Positions 18,990-28,858 of a DNA stretch of 64,000 bases are shown piece after piece. The DNA is taken from assembly GCA_963668625.2 (NCBI GenBank), contig CAXXKA010000003.1, positions 35,000 through 98,999 on the forward strand. Direction: 5' to 3'. How positions within the stretch are numbered: the stretch's first letter is position 1; each line of letters opens with the position of its first letter. Both the position numbers and the translations under genes were made by a program. The notes beneath the pieces are model-generated. The model was given only the letters and a program-made list of their open reading frames with translations, was not told where the DNA came from and did no database searches. This stretch comes from an uncultured candidate division Zixibacteria bacterium (GTDB lineage Bacteria; Zixibacteria; MSB-5A5; UBA10806; 4484-95).

Positions 18990-19586
18990 ATGAAAAAGCT
19001 GGTTGTATTAGCATTATGTTTAACCCTGATGGTCGCCTGTGGCTCATCGAGGAAAGTAACTCGTGTAGGAGCCGACACCATCGTTGATTTGAGTGGTAAA
19101 TGGAACGATACCGATGCTCGTCTCGTCTCCCAGGAGATGATCGAGGACTGCCTGTCACGCCCCTGGCTGAGCGACTTCAACATGGATAAAGGCGCCAAGC
19201 CGGTAGTTACCGTAGGCACGATCAGGAATAAAAGCTCGGAGCATATCGATACCGAGACATTCACCAAAGATTTCGAGCGAGAGCTTATCAACTCCGGCAA
19301 GGTCAAATTCGTGGCCGCGGTCGGTCAACGTGATGAGATCAGGCAGGAGCGTTCCGAACAGCAGGATTTCGCCTCGGATGAGACTGCCAAACGCATGGCA
19401 GAGGAGACAGGCGCCGACTACATCCTTCAGGGTTCGATAAAGACAATCGTCGACCAGATCGAGGGTAGAAGGGTTATCCTGTATCAAACCGATATGGAGC
19501 TAATCAATATCGAATCCAACGAGAAATCCTGGATCGGTTCCAAGAAAATAAAGAAAGATATCGAGCAAAAGGGTCATAAATGGTAG
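18990..19586 (+). CDS. LpoB/YcfM-like lipoprotein (COG3417 type)
   Basis: Lipobox MVA-C; DLSG.WNDTD, IRNKSSEHID and GADYILQGSI motifs. Confidence 0.85.
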   Translation: MKKLVVLALCLTLMVACGSSRKVTRVGADTIVDLSGKWNDTDARLVSQEMIEDCLSRPWLSDFNMDKGAKPVVTVGTIRNKSSEHIDTETFTKDFERELINSGKVKFVAAVGQRDEIRQERSEQQDFASDETAKRMAEETGADYILQGSIKTIVDQIEGRRVILYQTDMELINIESNEKSWIGSKKIKKDIEQKGHKW

Positions 19587-21001
19587 GCTTTCGTAAAAAC
19601 AGGGGCCTTTTAGCATTTATAATAATTGCCGCGTTAATTCTCGGTTGTGGTTCGGTGATGACCAAGAATAAGTTTTACGGGCCTATCACATCGGATGTTC
19701 AAAATCGCAATTTCGATGCGGCCGTGGCGAAAATAGAGGCAGCCAAAGAATCGAATCAATACGAGAAGAAAGACAGGTTGTTGTACTACCTCGATGCCGG
19801 TTTTGCCAATCATTTCTCGAGTAAGCATATGAAGAGTATAGAGAATCTCAGTAATGCCGAGGATGCCGCCGAGGAGCTTTTCACAAAAAGCGTAATCCGC
19901 GCCGCCGCCTCGATGGCATTAAACGACAATGTACTCGAATACTCCGGCGAGGATTATGAAATCCTATATACCAACCTGATCAAAGCGCTGGATTTTCTGG
20001 CGCTGGGAAAGTTCGATGACGCTTTCGTCGAGATCAGACGTTCGAACCTGAAACTCGATCTTCTGGAAACAAAATACGCCAAAGCCGCCGAGGAATTCAA
20101 AACCACCAAAGCCAAGGATGATTCGTTGGATGTCAATGCGCATCTGTCTTACGATATCGATAAAGTAAAATTCAACAATGATGCTTTCGCGCGTTACTTG
20201 AGCATGCATATCTACGCCGCCGAAGGCAAATACGATGACGCCCGGATCGACTACAACAAATTCGTCGAGGCTTTCCGCAGCCAACCTCATATTTACGACT
20301 ACTCCATTCCCGAGGTAAATTTCAAACCTCAATCATCGGATAAGGAGATTGTCAGTGTAATCGCCCTGGCGGGGATGGCGCCTGTTAAAGAGGCTCTTAA
20401 CCTGAGAATCAGAACGGATAAAGATCTCGACCTTGTACAGGTTCTGTACACCGACGGCCCCAAGAAAAACTCCGAGTATAGCCATCTGCCTTTCCCGGTG
20501 GATCAGGATTACTATTTCAAATTCTCGCTGCCGGTTTTGATGGAGCGTCCCTCACGGATTAATACCGCCAGAGTTTGGACTGGGGATGATTACCTGGGAG
20601 AGCTTCAACTGGTGGAGAATATCTCCAACGTAGCCGAGGAAACTTTCAAGGCTAAACGATCGCTTATTTATTTCCGGACTATCGCGCGGGCAATCATCAA
20701 AGGGTTGGCCGCACACAAGGCCAAACAGGATATCGATAAGAAGCATGAGGGCGTAGGCGGCTGGTTGATGAAAGCCGCGGTTGATGTCGGTACCGATATC
20801 ATCGAAAACGCAGATTTGCGATGTTCTCATCTATTGCCCGGAAAAATCTATATCGGCGATTTCGAACTGGCGCCCGGCACGTATAACCTTCGGATAGAGT
20901 TCCAAAATAGCGATGGCTACACGATCTCCACGCAGGAGATAACCGATTTCGAGGTGAAAAAGACAGGCTGGAATTTAGCCGAGGCTTACTCTTTAAATTA
21001 G
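19580..21001 (+). CDS. COG3014-type TPR-like lipoprotein
   Basis: Lipobox ILG-C; LLYYLD.G, Y.GEDYE, A.VE.RR and E.ADLR...LP motifs. Confidence 0.8.
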   Translation: MVGFRKNRGLLAFIIIAALILGCGSVMTKNKFYGPITSDVQNRNFDAAVAKIEAAKESNQYEKKDRLLYYLDAGFANHFSSKHMKSIENLSNAEDAAEELFTKSVIRAAASMALNDNVLEYSGEDYEILYTNLIKALDFLALGKFDDAFVEIRRSNLKLDLLETKYAKAAEEFKTTKAKDDSLDVNAHLSYDIDKVKFNNDAFARYLSMHIYAAEGKYDDARIDYNKFVEAFRSQPHIYDYSIPEVNFKPQSSDKEIVSVIALAGMAPVKEALNLRIRTDKDLDLVQVLYTDGPKKNSEYSHLPFPVDQDYYFKFSLPVLMERPSRINTARVWTGDDYLGELQLVENISNVAEETFKAKRSLIYFRTIARAIIKGLAAHKAKQDIDKKHEGVGGWLMKAAVDVGTDIIENADLRCSHLLPGKIYIGDFELAPGTYNLRIEFQNSDGYTISTQEITDFEVKKTGWNLAEAYSLN

Positions 21002-21014
21002 TAACGGAGGGAAA

Positions 21015-22052
21015 ATGAGGTTATCATTAATAATGAAAATCGTAGCGCTGCCGCTTCTATTCGCGCTCCTGTTGGCCTGCGGTGGGCAGGCACAGAAAGT
21101 AAGCAAGGAAAGCAAGAGCAGCCTGTTTGATGATCCCACCAAGCGCTATCCCAACGAGATGTATATCACTGCGGTGAGTTCCGGGGACACTCCCGAAATC
21201 GCCAAGGATAGGGCTATCGCGGATGTTGCCAAGGTGATCAAAGCCGATATCAATTCGCAGCAACTGTTGATCGAGGAATATATCGAGACGGGTATAGAGA
21301 TGGAATTGGATCGCAAAAGTAGTTTCACTCGTCAGATAGATATCACCACCGAGCAGACTTTGAAAAACGTGAATATCGGTAAAACCTGGCGCGATGAGGC
21401 GGACGGCCGCTATTACGCCGTGGCTTATCTCGACAGACTGGATACCTCGGAGATTTACAAAGCCGACCTGGCCGATATGGAAACCAAGATCAAATCATAT
21501 TATGATAAAGCCGGCAGCAAAACCGATAAGCTGGCCCGATTGGCTTACGTTAATAAAGCGATCTCGCTGGCTATCCAACGCGATATGATGATCGAACAAC
21601 TGAACACGATCTCGCAAGGCGCCTATTCTTTCACCCCAACTGTCAAGGCCCCGGAGTTAAGCTCGTTACGTCGCCGGATAACCGGTGATATTAACGTTAA
21701 GCTCGATTTGAATTCCGGTGGCTATGATGAATTTCCGGGAGCTGTCAGCGAGGTTCTTCAAGCTTACGGTTTCGGGTTATCGGAGGGCCAGCCTGATGTC
21801 ATCGTAAAAGGCAGCATGAGGATGGAGGAGTTGGAACGTAAAGGCCATTTCGTACGCTGGTTCGTTGATCTTCATTTTACCGACACCGCCAATAATACCG
21901 AGTTCGTTACGTATACCGATGACGACCGTGAAGGTTCTAACTCGATGGGTGAGGCTAAACGCCGCGCCGCCTTACGCATGGTAAAGGTAGTGAAGAAAAA
22001 CCTGTACGACAGGCTCGATAGTTATTTCGATAGTTTGGCTGGGACTGATTAG
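21015..22052 (+). CDS. LPP20 family lipoprotein
   Basis: Lipobox LLA-C; Y..AV.SG.T...A...A.ADVAK.I...I; YYAVAYLDR. Confidence 0.75.
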   Translation: MRLSLIMKIVALPLLFALLLACGGQAQKVSKESKSSLFDDPTKRYPNEMYITAVSSGDTPEIAKDRAIADVAKVIKADINSQQLLIEEYIETGIEMELDRKSSFTRQIDITTEQTLKNVNIGKTWRDEADGRYYAVAYLDRLDTSEIYKADLADMETKIKSYYDKAGSKTDKLARLAYVNKAISLAIQRDMMIEQLNTISQGAYSFTPTVKAPELSSLRRRITGDINVKLDLNSGGYDEFPGAVSEVLQAYGFGLSEGQPDVIVKGSMRMEELERKGHFVRWFVDLHFTDTANNTEFVTYTDDDREGSNSMGEAKRRAALRMVKVVKKNLYDRLDSYFDSLAGTD

Positions 22053-22081
22053 ATTTTAGCGTTATAATATTACAAGCTATT

Positions 22082-22109
22082 AAGGGAGTCGTGATGACTC
22101 CCTTTTTTT
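22082..22109 (+). terminator. Terminator closing the lipoprotein operon
   Basis: aagggagtc-gtgat-gactccctttttt. Confidence 0.85.
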
Positions 22110-22118
22110 ATTGATCCT

Positions 22119-22203
22119 AAAAACCACCGGTTTATCCGGTGTGTACGCTTAAAGCGAAGCGCTGTTATTTATTTCCTTGTTTCCAAACTCCGATTTGGAA
22201 ACA
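22119..22203 (+). repeat. REP-like repeat family D with extension
   Basis: Inverted copy of ~12176-12258. Confidence 0.7.
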
Positions 22204-22381
22204 TAGAGCATTGTCTATAGAATGAGAAATAATATTTATATTGGCCAAAACGATATTCCCCTACTTGTAAATCGTATAGTAGATATTCTGTGATGAGTCA
22301 AGTTTTAATAGTATTAGAATGGATAAATCGGCAATGCCGTAACCCAGGCGCTATTCAATAAATTTGCATACAACATCCTTA

Positions 22382-22410
22382 TTGATTTCTCGTCCCAAAA
22401 ACGTTATAGT
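22382..22410 (+). promoter_or_regulatory. Sigma70-type promoter with leaderless geometry
   Basis: TTGATT-17 bp-TATAGT, 6 nt before ATG 22417; no SD. Confidence 0.65.
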
Positions 22411-22416
22411 CCCCAC

Positions 22417-23664
22417 ATGTTAAAAATTGCCAACATCATCCCCGGCGCACCGGCCGATAGCGGCGAACTAAAGCCGGGCGATAAGCTGTTAACTATCAAC
22501 GGGGTTGAGGTTAAGGACTTCATCGATTTCCGCTATGCAGAGGCGGAGGAAGAGCTTAAAATCGCTTTTCTTCGCGGTGAAAAGCAATTTACTTTAGCCA
22601 TCAACAAAGAAATAGACCAAAATCTGGGATTGGAATTCGAGCCCGATAGGATCATCAGGTGCAGAAACAAGTGTATATTCTGTTTCTGCCACAATAATCC
22701 CCGTCAACTGCGCCGCTCGCTATATGTCAAAGATGATGATTACCGGTATTCGTTTCTTCACGGCAGTTTTATCACTATGACCAACCTGGCCGAGGCGGAT
22801 ATCGAGCGAATTATCTCCCTGCGTTTGTCGCCGATGTATATCTCCGTTCACGCCACCGATATCGATACGCGCAAGCAGCTTTTCGGTCGCGACAATGTGC
22901 CCTCCGTAATGCCTGTACTGAAACGTTTCGCCGAGAATGGCATAGAGTTTCACTGCCAGGTGGTTGTCGTACCCGGCTACAATGATAACGATATCCTTTA
23001 TAAAACCGCTGATGATTTGGCCTCGCTACGTCCATACGCATCCTCGCTGGCGGTTGTACCGGTTGGTCTGACTAATTTCTCCCGTCCCGATTTGAGATCG
23101 GTTGGCCCTAAAAGCGCTCTTGAGCTGATTAACGCGGTAAATGATTTCCGATTGGGATATGGCGAGCCGGGCAATCAATTTGCCTACGCCGCCGATGAGT
23201 TATTTATCAAAGCCGGGTTATCGATTCCCGAGATCGACTACTATGATGATTTCCCGCAAATCGAAAACGGTATCGGCATGGTGCGAGATTTTCTGGATAC
23301 GTTTCCCCGCAAAATACCCGCTAATATCGGCGGTTATTGGGTGACATCGCGGTCTATGAGTTTTATCTGGCGTAAATATTTGATGCCAAAATACGATCTT
23401 GATATTAAATTGATTCCCGTTACGAATGAATTATTCGGGCCGAAAGTTACAGTTAGTGGTTTACTTTCGGGACGGGATATTCTAAATACACTTAAACGTA
23501 GAAAGTTAAAAACGGATCAGCCGATCGTGTTACCGCCCAATTGCTTGAATCATGATGGCTTGTTCATCGATGATTTAACCGTGGCTGATCTGGAGAATGA
23601 GTTGAAAATGAATGTAGTTCAGGGCTCTTATAGTTTCAAAGAGACATTGAGGATGGTTTCATGA
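22417..23664 (+). CDS. PDZ + DUF512 radical-SAM-like Fe-S protein (TIGR03279 type)
   Basis: N-terminal PDZ; CRNKCIFCF; LYVKDDDYR; ENGIGM; upstream of der. Confidence 0.88.
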   Translation: MLKIANIIPGAPADSGELKPGDKLLTINGVEVKDFIDFRYAEAEEELKIAFLRGEKQFTLAINKEIDQNLGLEFEPDRIIRCRNKCIFCFCHNNPRQLRRSLYVKDDDYRYSFLHGSFITMTNLAEADIERIISLRLSPMYISVHATDIDTRKQLFGRDNVPSVMPVLKRFAENGIEFHCQVVVVPGYNDNDILYKTADDLASLRPYASSLAVVPVGLTNFSRPDLRSVGPKSALELINAVNDFRLGYGEPGNQFAYAADELFIKAGLSIPEIDYYDDFPQIENGIGMVRDFLDTFPRKIPANIGGYWVTSRSMSFIWRKYLMPKYDLDIKLIPVTNELFGPKVTVSGLLSGRDILNTLKRRKLKTDQPIVLPPNCLNHDGLFIDDLTVADLENELKMNVVQGSYSFKETLRMVS

Positions 23665-24971
23665 GGCCGGTCGTAGCAATAGTCGGCAGACCCAATGTCG
23701 GCAAATCAACGCTTTTCAATCGATTAATCCGTCAGAGAAAAGCAGTTGTGGATGATCGCCCGGGAGTGACCCGCGACCGCGTATACGGCGATTGCTCATG
23801 GGCAGGTTTCGATTTCATCCTGATAGATACAGGCGGTTTTATCCCGCGCTCCCAGGAGATGATCCCCTCGCTGGTAACCCAGCAGGCGGAACTGGCAATC
23901 GATCAGGCGGATGTAGTGATGCTGGTGCTCGATAGCAAAGTCGGCGTGCAAACTGTCGATGAGGAAATAGCCTCGCTATTGAAAAAGGCCCACAAGAAAT
24001 CGATCGTAGTCGCTAACAAAGCCGATTCGGAAAAAGATATTCCCAATACTACGGAATTTTATAATCTCGGATTAGGGGAGGTGTTTCCCATAGCCTCCGA
24101 AAGCGGCCGTCAGGTGGGAGATATGCTCGACCAACTGGTAGGGCTTCTGCCGGAGAATTTCGAGGAGGACATACCTCATGATGCTATCAATATCGCGATA
24201 ATCGGTCGACCCAATGTCGGTAAATCATCACTGTTCAATATAATAGTAGGCGAAAACCGTCAGATAGTCTCGAATATTCCCGGTACGACACGCGATTCGG
24301 TTGACAGCCTGGTGGAGATCGATGGGCGAAAATACAATTTCATCGATACCGCCGGTTTGCGTAGAAAAACGCATTATGCCGATGTTATCGAGTATTACTC
24401 ATCCCTGCGCTCGATTAAAGCTATCGAACGGGCCGATATCGTACTCGTATTAATCGATACCGAGGACGGTGTGAAAATGGGCGATATCAAGGTGGCGGTC
24501 GAGGCCGAACAAATGGGCAGGGGGATTATTTTCGTGGCCAATAAATGGGACCTGGTCAAGGCCGTGGAGCAGCAGACGTTCGTACGGGAGCTATACGAGA
24601 AAGCTCAGACACTGAGATTCGTTCCCGTGGTATTTACCAGCGCCATAACCGGCAGGGGAATCGAAAAGATACTCCCGGCGGTAAACCATGTAAGCCGGGA
24701 AACGCAAAAACGTATCGGTACCTCCGAGCTTAATTCGTTTATCGAGGAGGCGTACAAAGAACGTCACCCACCGGCAAGACGAGGTAAATTTATCAAATTT
24801 TACTATGTCACCCAGGCCGAAAGCAAGCCGCCGACATTCATATTTTTCTGTAATTTCCCGAAATCCATCGAACCGTCATACGAGCGATTTTTGGAAAACA
24901 AGCTCAGGTCCACGTTCGGTTTTGATGGCGTCCCGCTTCGCTTCAGGTTCAGATCAAGAGGTCACAGCTAA
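23661..24971 (+). CDS. der: Ribosome biogenesis GTPase Der (EngA)
   Basis: Two GRPNVGKS G-domains with DTGG/DTAG and NKxD motifs. Confidence 0.97.
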   Translation: MRPVVAIVGRPNVGKSTLFNRLIRQRKAVVDDRPGVTRDRVYGDCSWAGFDFILIDTGGFIPRSQEMIPSLVTQQAELAIDQADVVMLVLDSKVGVQTVDEEIASLLKKAHKKSIVVANKADSEKDIPNTTEFYNLGLGEVFPIASESGRQVGDMLDQLVGLLPENFEEDIPHDAINIAIIGRPNVGKSSLFNIIVGENRQIVSNIPGTTRDSVDSLVEIDGRKYNFIDTAGLRRKTHYADVIEYYSSLRSIKAIERADIVLVLIDTEDGVKMGDIKVAVEAEQMGRGIIFVANKWDLVKAVEQQTFVRELYEKAQTLRFVPVVFTSAITGRGIEKILPAVNHVSRETQKRIGTSELNSFIEEAYKERHPPARRGKFIKFYYVTQAESKPPTFIFFCNFPKSIEPSYERFLENKLRSTFGFDGVPLRFRFRSRGHS

Positions 24972-25606
24972 TGGTTTCTCTTCTAGCGATAATATTGCTT
25001 TCCTACATTGCCGGGTCGTTTCCATCGGGAATAGTATTAGGCAAGATATTTAAAGGCATTGATGTTCGCGAGTACGGCTCGAAAAATATGGGCGCCACTA
25101 ATGTTTTCAGGGTACTGGGAGCCAAAATCGCCATTCCCGTACTTCTTCTGGATATGGCCAAAGGAGCGATCCCGGTATTGCTATTCACCCGGATAAATTT
25201 CGGTGATCTGGCGATGGATATGCACTGGTTGAAAATAATAGCCGCTTTTTGCGCAGTATTCGGTCATGTGTTCTCGTTATGGGTGAAATTCAAAGGCGGC
25301 AAGGGGGTCGCCACCGCCGGAGGTGTATTTTTCGGGATGATGCCGGTTGAGGTCGGTATGGCTATATTTCTCTTCATTCTCGTGGTGACAATTACACGTT
25401 ATGTATCTCTCGGTTCGATTCTGGCTACTTTTTTCTTGTTCTGCTCATTGGTTGTCGAGGCAGCTTATTTGAAATCTCCAATTCCTAAACCGTACGTGAT
25501 ACTCACCTTGATACTATTACTTATGATAATTATTACTCATCGCCAAAATATTAAACGTCTGGTAAAAGGTGAGGAAAATAAAATTGGGAGTAAACCGAAA
25601 ACTTAG
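24971..25606 (+). CDS. plsY: Glycerol-3-phosphate acyltransferase PlsY
   Basis: GS.N.GATN, FKGGKGVAT, YVSLGS and HRQNI motifs. Confidence 0.95.
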   Translation: MVSLLAIILLSYIAGSFPSGIVLGKIFKGIDVREYGSKNMGATNVFRVLGAKIAIPVLLLDMAKGAIPVLLFTRINFGDLAMDMHWLKIIAAFCAVFGHVFSLWVKFKGGKGVATAGGVFFGMMPVEVGMAIFLFILVVTITRYVSLGSILATFFLFCSLVVEAAYLKSPIPKPYVILTLILLLMIIITHRQNIKRLVKGEENKIGSKPKT

Positions 25607-25618
25607 AAGATATTTATT

Positions 25619-26629
25619 ATGAGTAAAATCACGGTAATGGGCGCGGGAAGCTGGGGGATTGCGGTAACCAATTTAATTCATCAAAACGGCTATGAGGTTG
25701 TCCTGTGGGAGTATTTCGAGGCGGATTGCGAGAAAATCAAACAACTCCGCGAGCAACCCGATAAATTGCCCGGCATAAAAATCCCCGAATCAGTAACAGT
25801 AACAAACGAATTATCACGGGCGCTCGAAAGGACAGAGGGTATCGTGCTGGCCATCCCCTCGCAATTTATGCGCAATATTGTTAAAATGATGGCTCCCCTT
25901 TTGGAAGGCGATATAAAGTTCATAGTCAGCCTGGCAAAGGGTATAGAGAATAAAACGCTATGTCGGATGTCCGAAGTATTGCATCAGGAGTTGGCCGAGC
26001 AATATCATGGCAAAGTTGCCAGCTTATCCGGGCCATCACATGCCGAGGAGGTTTCCCGCAATATGCCAACGACGGTAGTTGCCGCCTCCGAGAATATCGG
26101 TGTAGCCGAAAGCGTACAGGAGGTATTCTCGAGCGATACGTTCCGGGTGTACAGCTCCACCGATTTAGTCGGCGTGGAACTGGGAGGCTCGCTTAAAAAC
26201 GTGATCGCTATTGCCGCCGGTATAGTTTATGGCCTGGGGCTGGGCGATAACACTATAGGCGCGCTTATAACCCGGGGATTGGCCGAGATGGTCAGGCTAT
26301 CTGAGCATATGGGCGCTGACCCGCTGACATTATCGGGCTTATCGGGTATCGGTGATCTTATCACCACCTGCACCAGTAAACATTCCCGCAACCGATTCGT
26401 GGGTGAGGAACTCGGCAAAGGCCGCACGCTAAACGAGATTCTCGATTCTATGAAAATGGTAGCCGAGGGTGTTAAAACAACCCAGTCGGTTTACGAGTTA
26501 TCCAAAAAACATAATGTTGAAATGCCAATAACTCATCAGGTTTACAGCATCCTATTCGAGGATAAAGAGGCTAGAACCGCCTTAAATGACTTAATGAGTC
26601 GGGAATTAAAAGCCGAAATCTGGTCGTAG
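25619..26629 (+). CDS. gpsA: NAD(P)H-dependent glycerol-3-phosphate dehydrogenase
   Basis: GAGSWG, SGPSHA, KNVIAIA, GDL..TC.S..SRN motifs. Confidence 0.96.
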   Translation: MSKITVMGAGSWGIAVTNLIHQNGYEVVLWEYFEADCEKIKQLREQPDKLPGIKIPESVTVTNELSRALERTEGIVLAIPSQFMRNIVKMMAPLLEGDIKFIVSLAKGIENKTLCRMSEVLHQELAEQYHGKVASLSGPSHAEEVSRNMPTTVVAASENIGVAESVQEVFSSDTFRVYSSTDLVGVELGGSLKNVIAIAAGIVYGLGLGDNTIGALITRGLAEMVRLSEHMGADPLTLSGLSGIGDLITTCTSKHSRNRFVGEELGKGRTLNEILDSMKMVAEGVKTTQSVYELSKKHNVEMPITHQVYSILFEDKEARTALNDLMSRELKAEIWS

Positions 26630-26721
26630 GTATACTTTCTGATAACAAATCGCTTGCAAAGCGCGCCCAATCAAAACATATTTATATGATACAACTAATT
26701 AGACAGGAAAGGGTTTAAGGG

Positions 26722-26970
26722 TTGGCAAAATTTAGTTTCGAAAACGCTATGGAAAGGCTCGAACAAATCGTGGATGACCTCGAATCCGGTAAATTGGAGT
26801 TGGAAGAGTCGATTAAAGTGTTCGAGGAGGGCGTCGAGCTTTCTAAAAAATGTCATAAAAAATTAACCGAGGCTGAAACAAAGGTCAAACAGCTGATTAA
26901 AAATGAGAACGGCGAGTTTGAAATGAAATTATTCGATGAAGAGGAGGATGCCTCGGATGAGTCTACTTGA
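26722..26970 (+). CDS. xseB: Exodeoxyribonuclease VII small subunit
   Basis: SFE.AM.RLE.IV..LE.G.L.LEES...FEEG pattern. Confidence 0.93.
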   Translation: MAKFSFENAMERLEQIVDDLESGKLELEESIKVFEEGVELSKKCHKKLTEAETKVKQLIKNENGEFEMKLFDEEEDASDEST

Positions 26971-28858
26971 TAGAATCAACAGCCCTCAGGATATAAAGTC
27001 ACTCGATCTCGGGAAGCTAAATGAACTGGCAGGCGAGATACGAGAGTATATCATTGATGTGGTCTCCCGGAATGGTGGCCATCTGGCGTCGAATCTCGGC
27101 ATTGTCGAGTTGATGCTGGCGGTTCATTATGCTTACGATATCGCGCGGGATAAAATCCTTTTCGATGTCGGGCATCAATGTTACACCCATAAAATTCTCA
27201 CCGGTCGTAAGAATGAGTTCACCGGAATACGAACTAAAGGCGGGCTTTCGGGATTTCCCAGGCCATCCGAGTCAACCTGCGATAATTTCTCCGCCGGGCA
27301 TGCCTCGACCTCGATATCGGCCGCGTTGGGATTTGCCGCCGCCCGCGATATAAAAGGCGAGGATCACAAGGTGCTGGCGATTATCGGGGATGGCTCTTTA
27401 ACCGGCGGCTTATCGTATGAGGGGCTAAACCAGGCCGGCGGCATGGATAAGGACCTTTTGATAATATTAAACGATAACGAGATGTCTATCTCACATAATG
27501 TAGGCGCATTGTCGAAATATCTTACCGAAATAATAGCCGATGAAAGCTATAACAAGCTCAAAGCCGATATCTGGAATTTAACCGAACGACTGCCCAAAAA
27601 GGATACCCTTCGCCGGGGCATTACCAATATGCAGGATATGGTTAAAAGCCTGATCGTACCGGGGCAAATATTCGAAAAACTCGGTTTCAGGTATTTTGGC
27701 CCTATAGATGGCCACGATGTTGGCCGTTTGATAAAGATTCTCTCACAAATAAAAGAGCTTCGCGGCCCGTTGCTTCTGCATGTCATAACCCACAAAGGCA
27801 AAGGCTATAAATTCGCCGAGGAGAACCCCACCAGGTTCCACGGTGTCGGCGCTTTCGACAAGCAAACCGGCGAGTCGACCAAGCTGAAAAAATCTTTACC
27901 GTACACCCAGGTATTCGGCGAGACCCTTGCCCGACTGGCCGAGCTTAATAGCAATATCTGCGCGATAACCGCCGCCATGACCAACGGTACCGGACTCGAC
28001 TATTTCGCCAAGAAATTTCCGAAGCGTTTTTTCGATGTCGGAATTGCCGAGGGGCATGGTTCTACTTTTTCGGCCGGATTGGCCTCGGCGGGCATGAAAC
28101 CATTTTTCGCGGTCTATTCGACATTCCTGCAACGGGGATTCGACCAGATAATACATGATATCGCCCTGCAGAAACTGCCGGTAACTTTCTGTATCGACAG
28201 GGCCGGTATAGTGGGCGAGGATGGCGCGACTCATCATGGCGTATTCGATATACCATACCTGTTACAAATTCCCGATATGACCATAACCGCGCCTAAAGAT
28301 GGCTCTGAACTTCAGGGACTGCTGGCGTTGGCTGCCAACTACTATGATGGACCGTTCGCGGTTCGCTATCCGCGAGGCGATATCCCCGAGCACGACCTTC
28401 AGCATTCACTCGAACCGATAGAATACGCTACCTGGGAGGTGCTTCGCGAGGGCGGCGACCTGGCTATTCTGGCGGTCGGCTCGATGGTCTACCCATCCTG
28501 GAAAGCCGCCGATATGCTTGATAAAGACAGAGTAAGCGCTACCGTTATAAATTGCCGGTTTATCAAGCCTGTCGATAAAGAGATGCTGAACAAGATCCTG
28601 GAGGAATTCAGTATTATCGTAACTATTGAGGAAGGTGCGGAAATAGGCGGATTCGGGCAATATATCAGGGCGCTGGCTGATAATGATAAGTACGATGATA
28701 TCAGGATAAAAAACCTGGCTTTACCCGATGAGTTTATAAACCACGGCAAAAGATCGGAACTTCTAGATGATGTTGGCCTGACAGAAGAGGGGATAGCCTC
28801 GAGCATTCTTGATTTCGTCCAAATCCAAAAAGATAAAATTATTAACAGGCGAAAATGA
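26957..28858 (+). CDS. dxs: 1-deoxy-D-xylulose-5-phosphate synthase
   Basis: GGHLASNLG, DVGHQ.Y.HK, GDGSLTGG..NDN and DRAG.VGEDG.THHG; start at the ATG after gaggagg. Confidence 0.96.
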   Translation: MSLLDRINSPQDIKSLDLGKLNELAGEIREYIIDVVSRNGGHLASNLGIVELMLAVHYAYDIARDKILFDVGHQCYTHKILTGRKNEFTGIRTKGGLSGFPRPSESTCDNFSAGHASTSISAALGFAAARDIKGEDHKVLAIIGDGSLTGGLSYEGLNQAGGMDKDLLIILNDNEMSISHNVGALSKYLTEIIADESYNKLKADIWNLTERLPKKDTLRRGITNMQDMVKSLIVPGQIFEKLGFRYFGPIDGHDVGRLIKILSQIKELRGPLLLHVITHKGKGYKFAEENPTRFHGVGAFDKQTGESTKLKKSLPYTQVFGETLARLAELNSNICAITAAMTNGTGLDYFAKKFPKRFFDVGIAEGHGSTFSAGLASAGMKPFFAVYSTFLQRGFDQIIHDIALQKLPVTFCIDRAGIVGEDGATHHGVFDIPYLLQIPDMTITAPKDGSELQGLLALAANYYDGPFAVRYPRGDIPEHDLQHSLEPIEYATWEVLREGGDLAILAVGSMVYPSWKAADMLDKDRVSATVINCRFIKPVDKEMLNKILEEFSIIVTIEEGAEIGGFGQYIRALADNDKYDDIRIKNLALPDEFINHGKRSELLDDVGLTEEGIASSILDFVQIQKDKIINRRK

